Origin: Yuukianura sp. NJ FZ-2021
Lineage: Eukaryota
DNA length: 64,000 nucleotides
Assembly: GCA_046563655.1 (NCBI GenBank)
Contig: CM102287.1
Location: 6,634,001 to 6,698,000, forward strand
Direction: 5' to 3'
Below, in pieces: positions 63,749 through 64,000 of the stretch. Both the position numbers and the translations under genes were made by a program. Position 1 is the stretch's first letter, and every line of letters starts with the position of its first letter. The notes beneath the pieces were generated by a model. It worked only from the letters and a program-made list of their open reading frames with translations, had not been told where the DNA came from and did no database searches.

Positions 63749-64000
63749 GTATATTTAAAAGACACCACCAATTTTTGCATTTTGTCAAATCCGGTTTCTT
63801 TCCTCATCCTGCTCATTCCCTAACATCTTGGAAACAACTTTTAACATAAAACTGTCATCCAACTGATACTTGAACATACACTTATGAGATGGCATGAAAA
63901 ATGGTTAGTTGGGTGCTCTGGGTGGACAGGGGGATGATGACATCTCTACGAGATCTCATATCAATTACAATAGAAGGGGATGAAAAATCATTAGTTGCTG

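Noticed and set aside
1..64000. Prokaryotic-type systems (CRISPR arrays, operons, defence islands), tRNA and rRNA genes
   Set aside because: The sequence is spliceosomal-intron eukaryotic DNA. No repeat-spacer array, cloverleaf or rRNA-like segment was recognised by eye.

Overview
Gene-dense, AT-rich eukaryotic DNA with short (about 60-100 nt) GT-AG introns. It is an arthropod; divergent ionotropic-receptor-like genes and the compact layout suggest a basal hexapod such as a springtail (inference). I reconstructed about 20 spliced genes by hand: Chd64/myophilin-like calponin (5'-partial), a BTB-less Kelch protein, a 59-aa Gly/Cys microprotein missing from the ORF track, a secreted CUB-like protein, ARL2BP, RalBP1/RLIP, a large acidic protein, a FASTKD/RAP protein, multicystatin cathepsin F, two IR-like receptors, a single C2H2 finger protein, CAML/GET2, a small TM protein, ARMC6-like, VWA5A-like, serine dehydratase, tektin and vestigial (3'-partial, after about 9 kb of non-coding DNA). 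No rRNA, tRNA, CRISPR array or intact transposase was recognised. Most notable: (1) cathepsin F has two tandem, frame-incompatible copies of the exon encoding the catalytic Asn (likely mutually exclusive splicing), followed by twin perfect palindromes in the next intron; (2) the RLIP gene lacks its RhoGAP domain; (3) the microprotein has an Nbp35-like four-Cys motif and GWG motifs; (4) the tektin lacks Cys at its canonical positions. Family calls rest on remembered motifs, not database searches.
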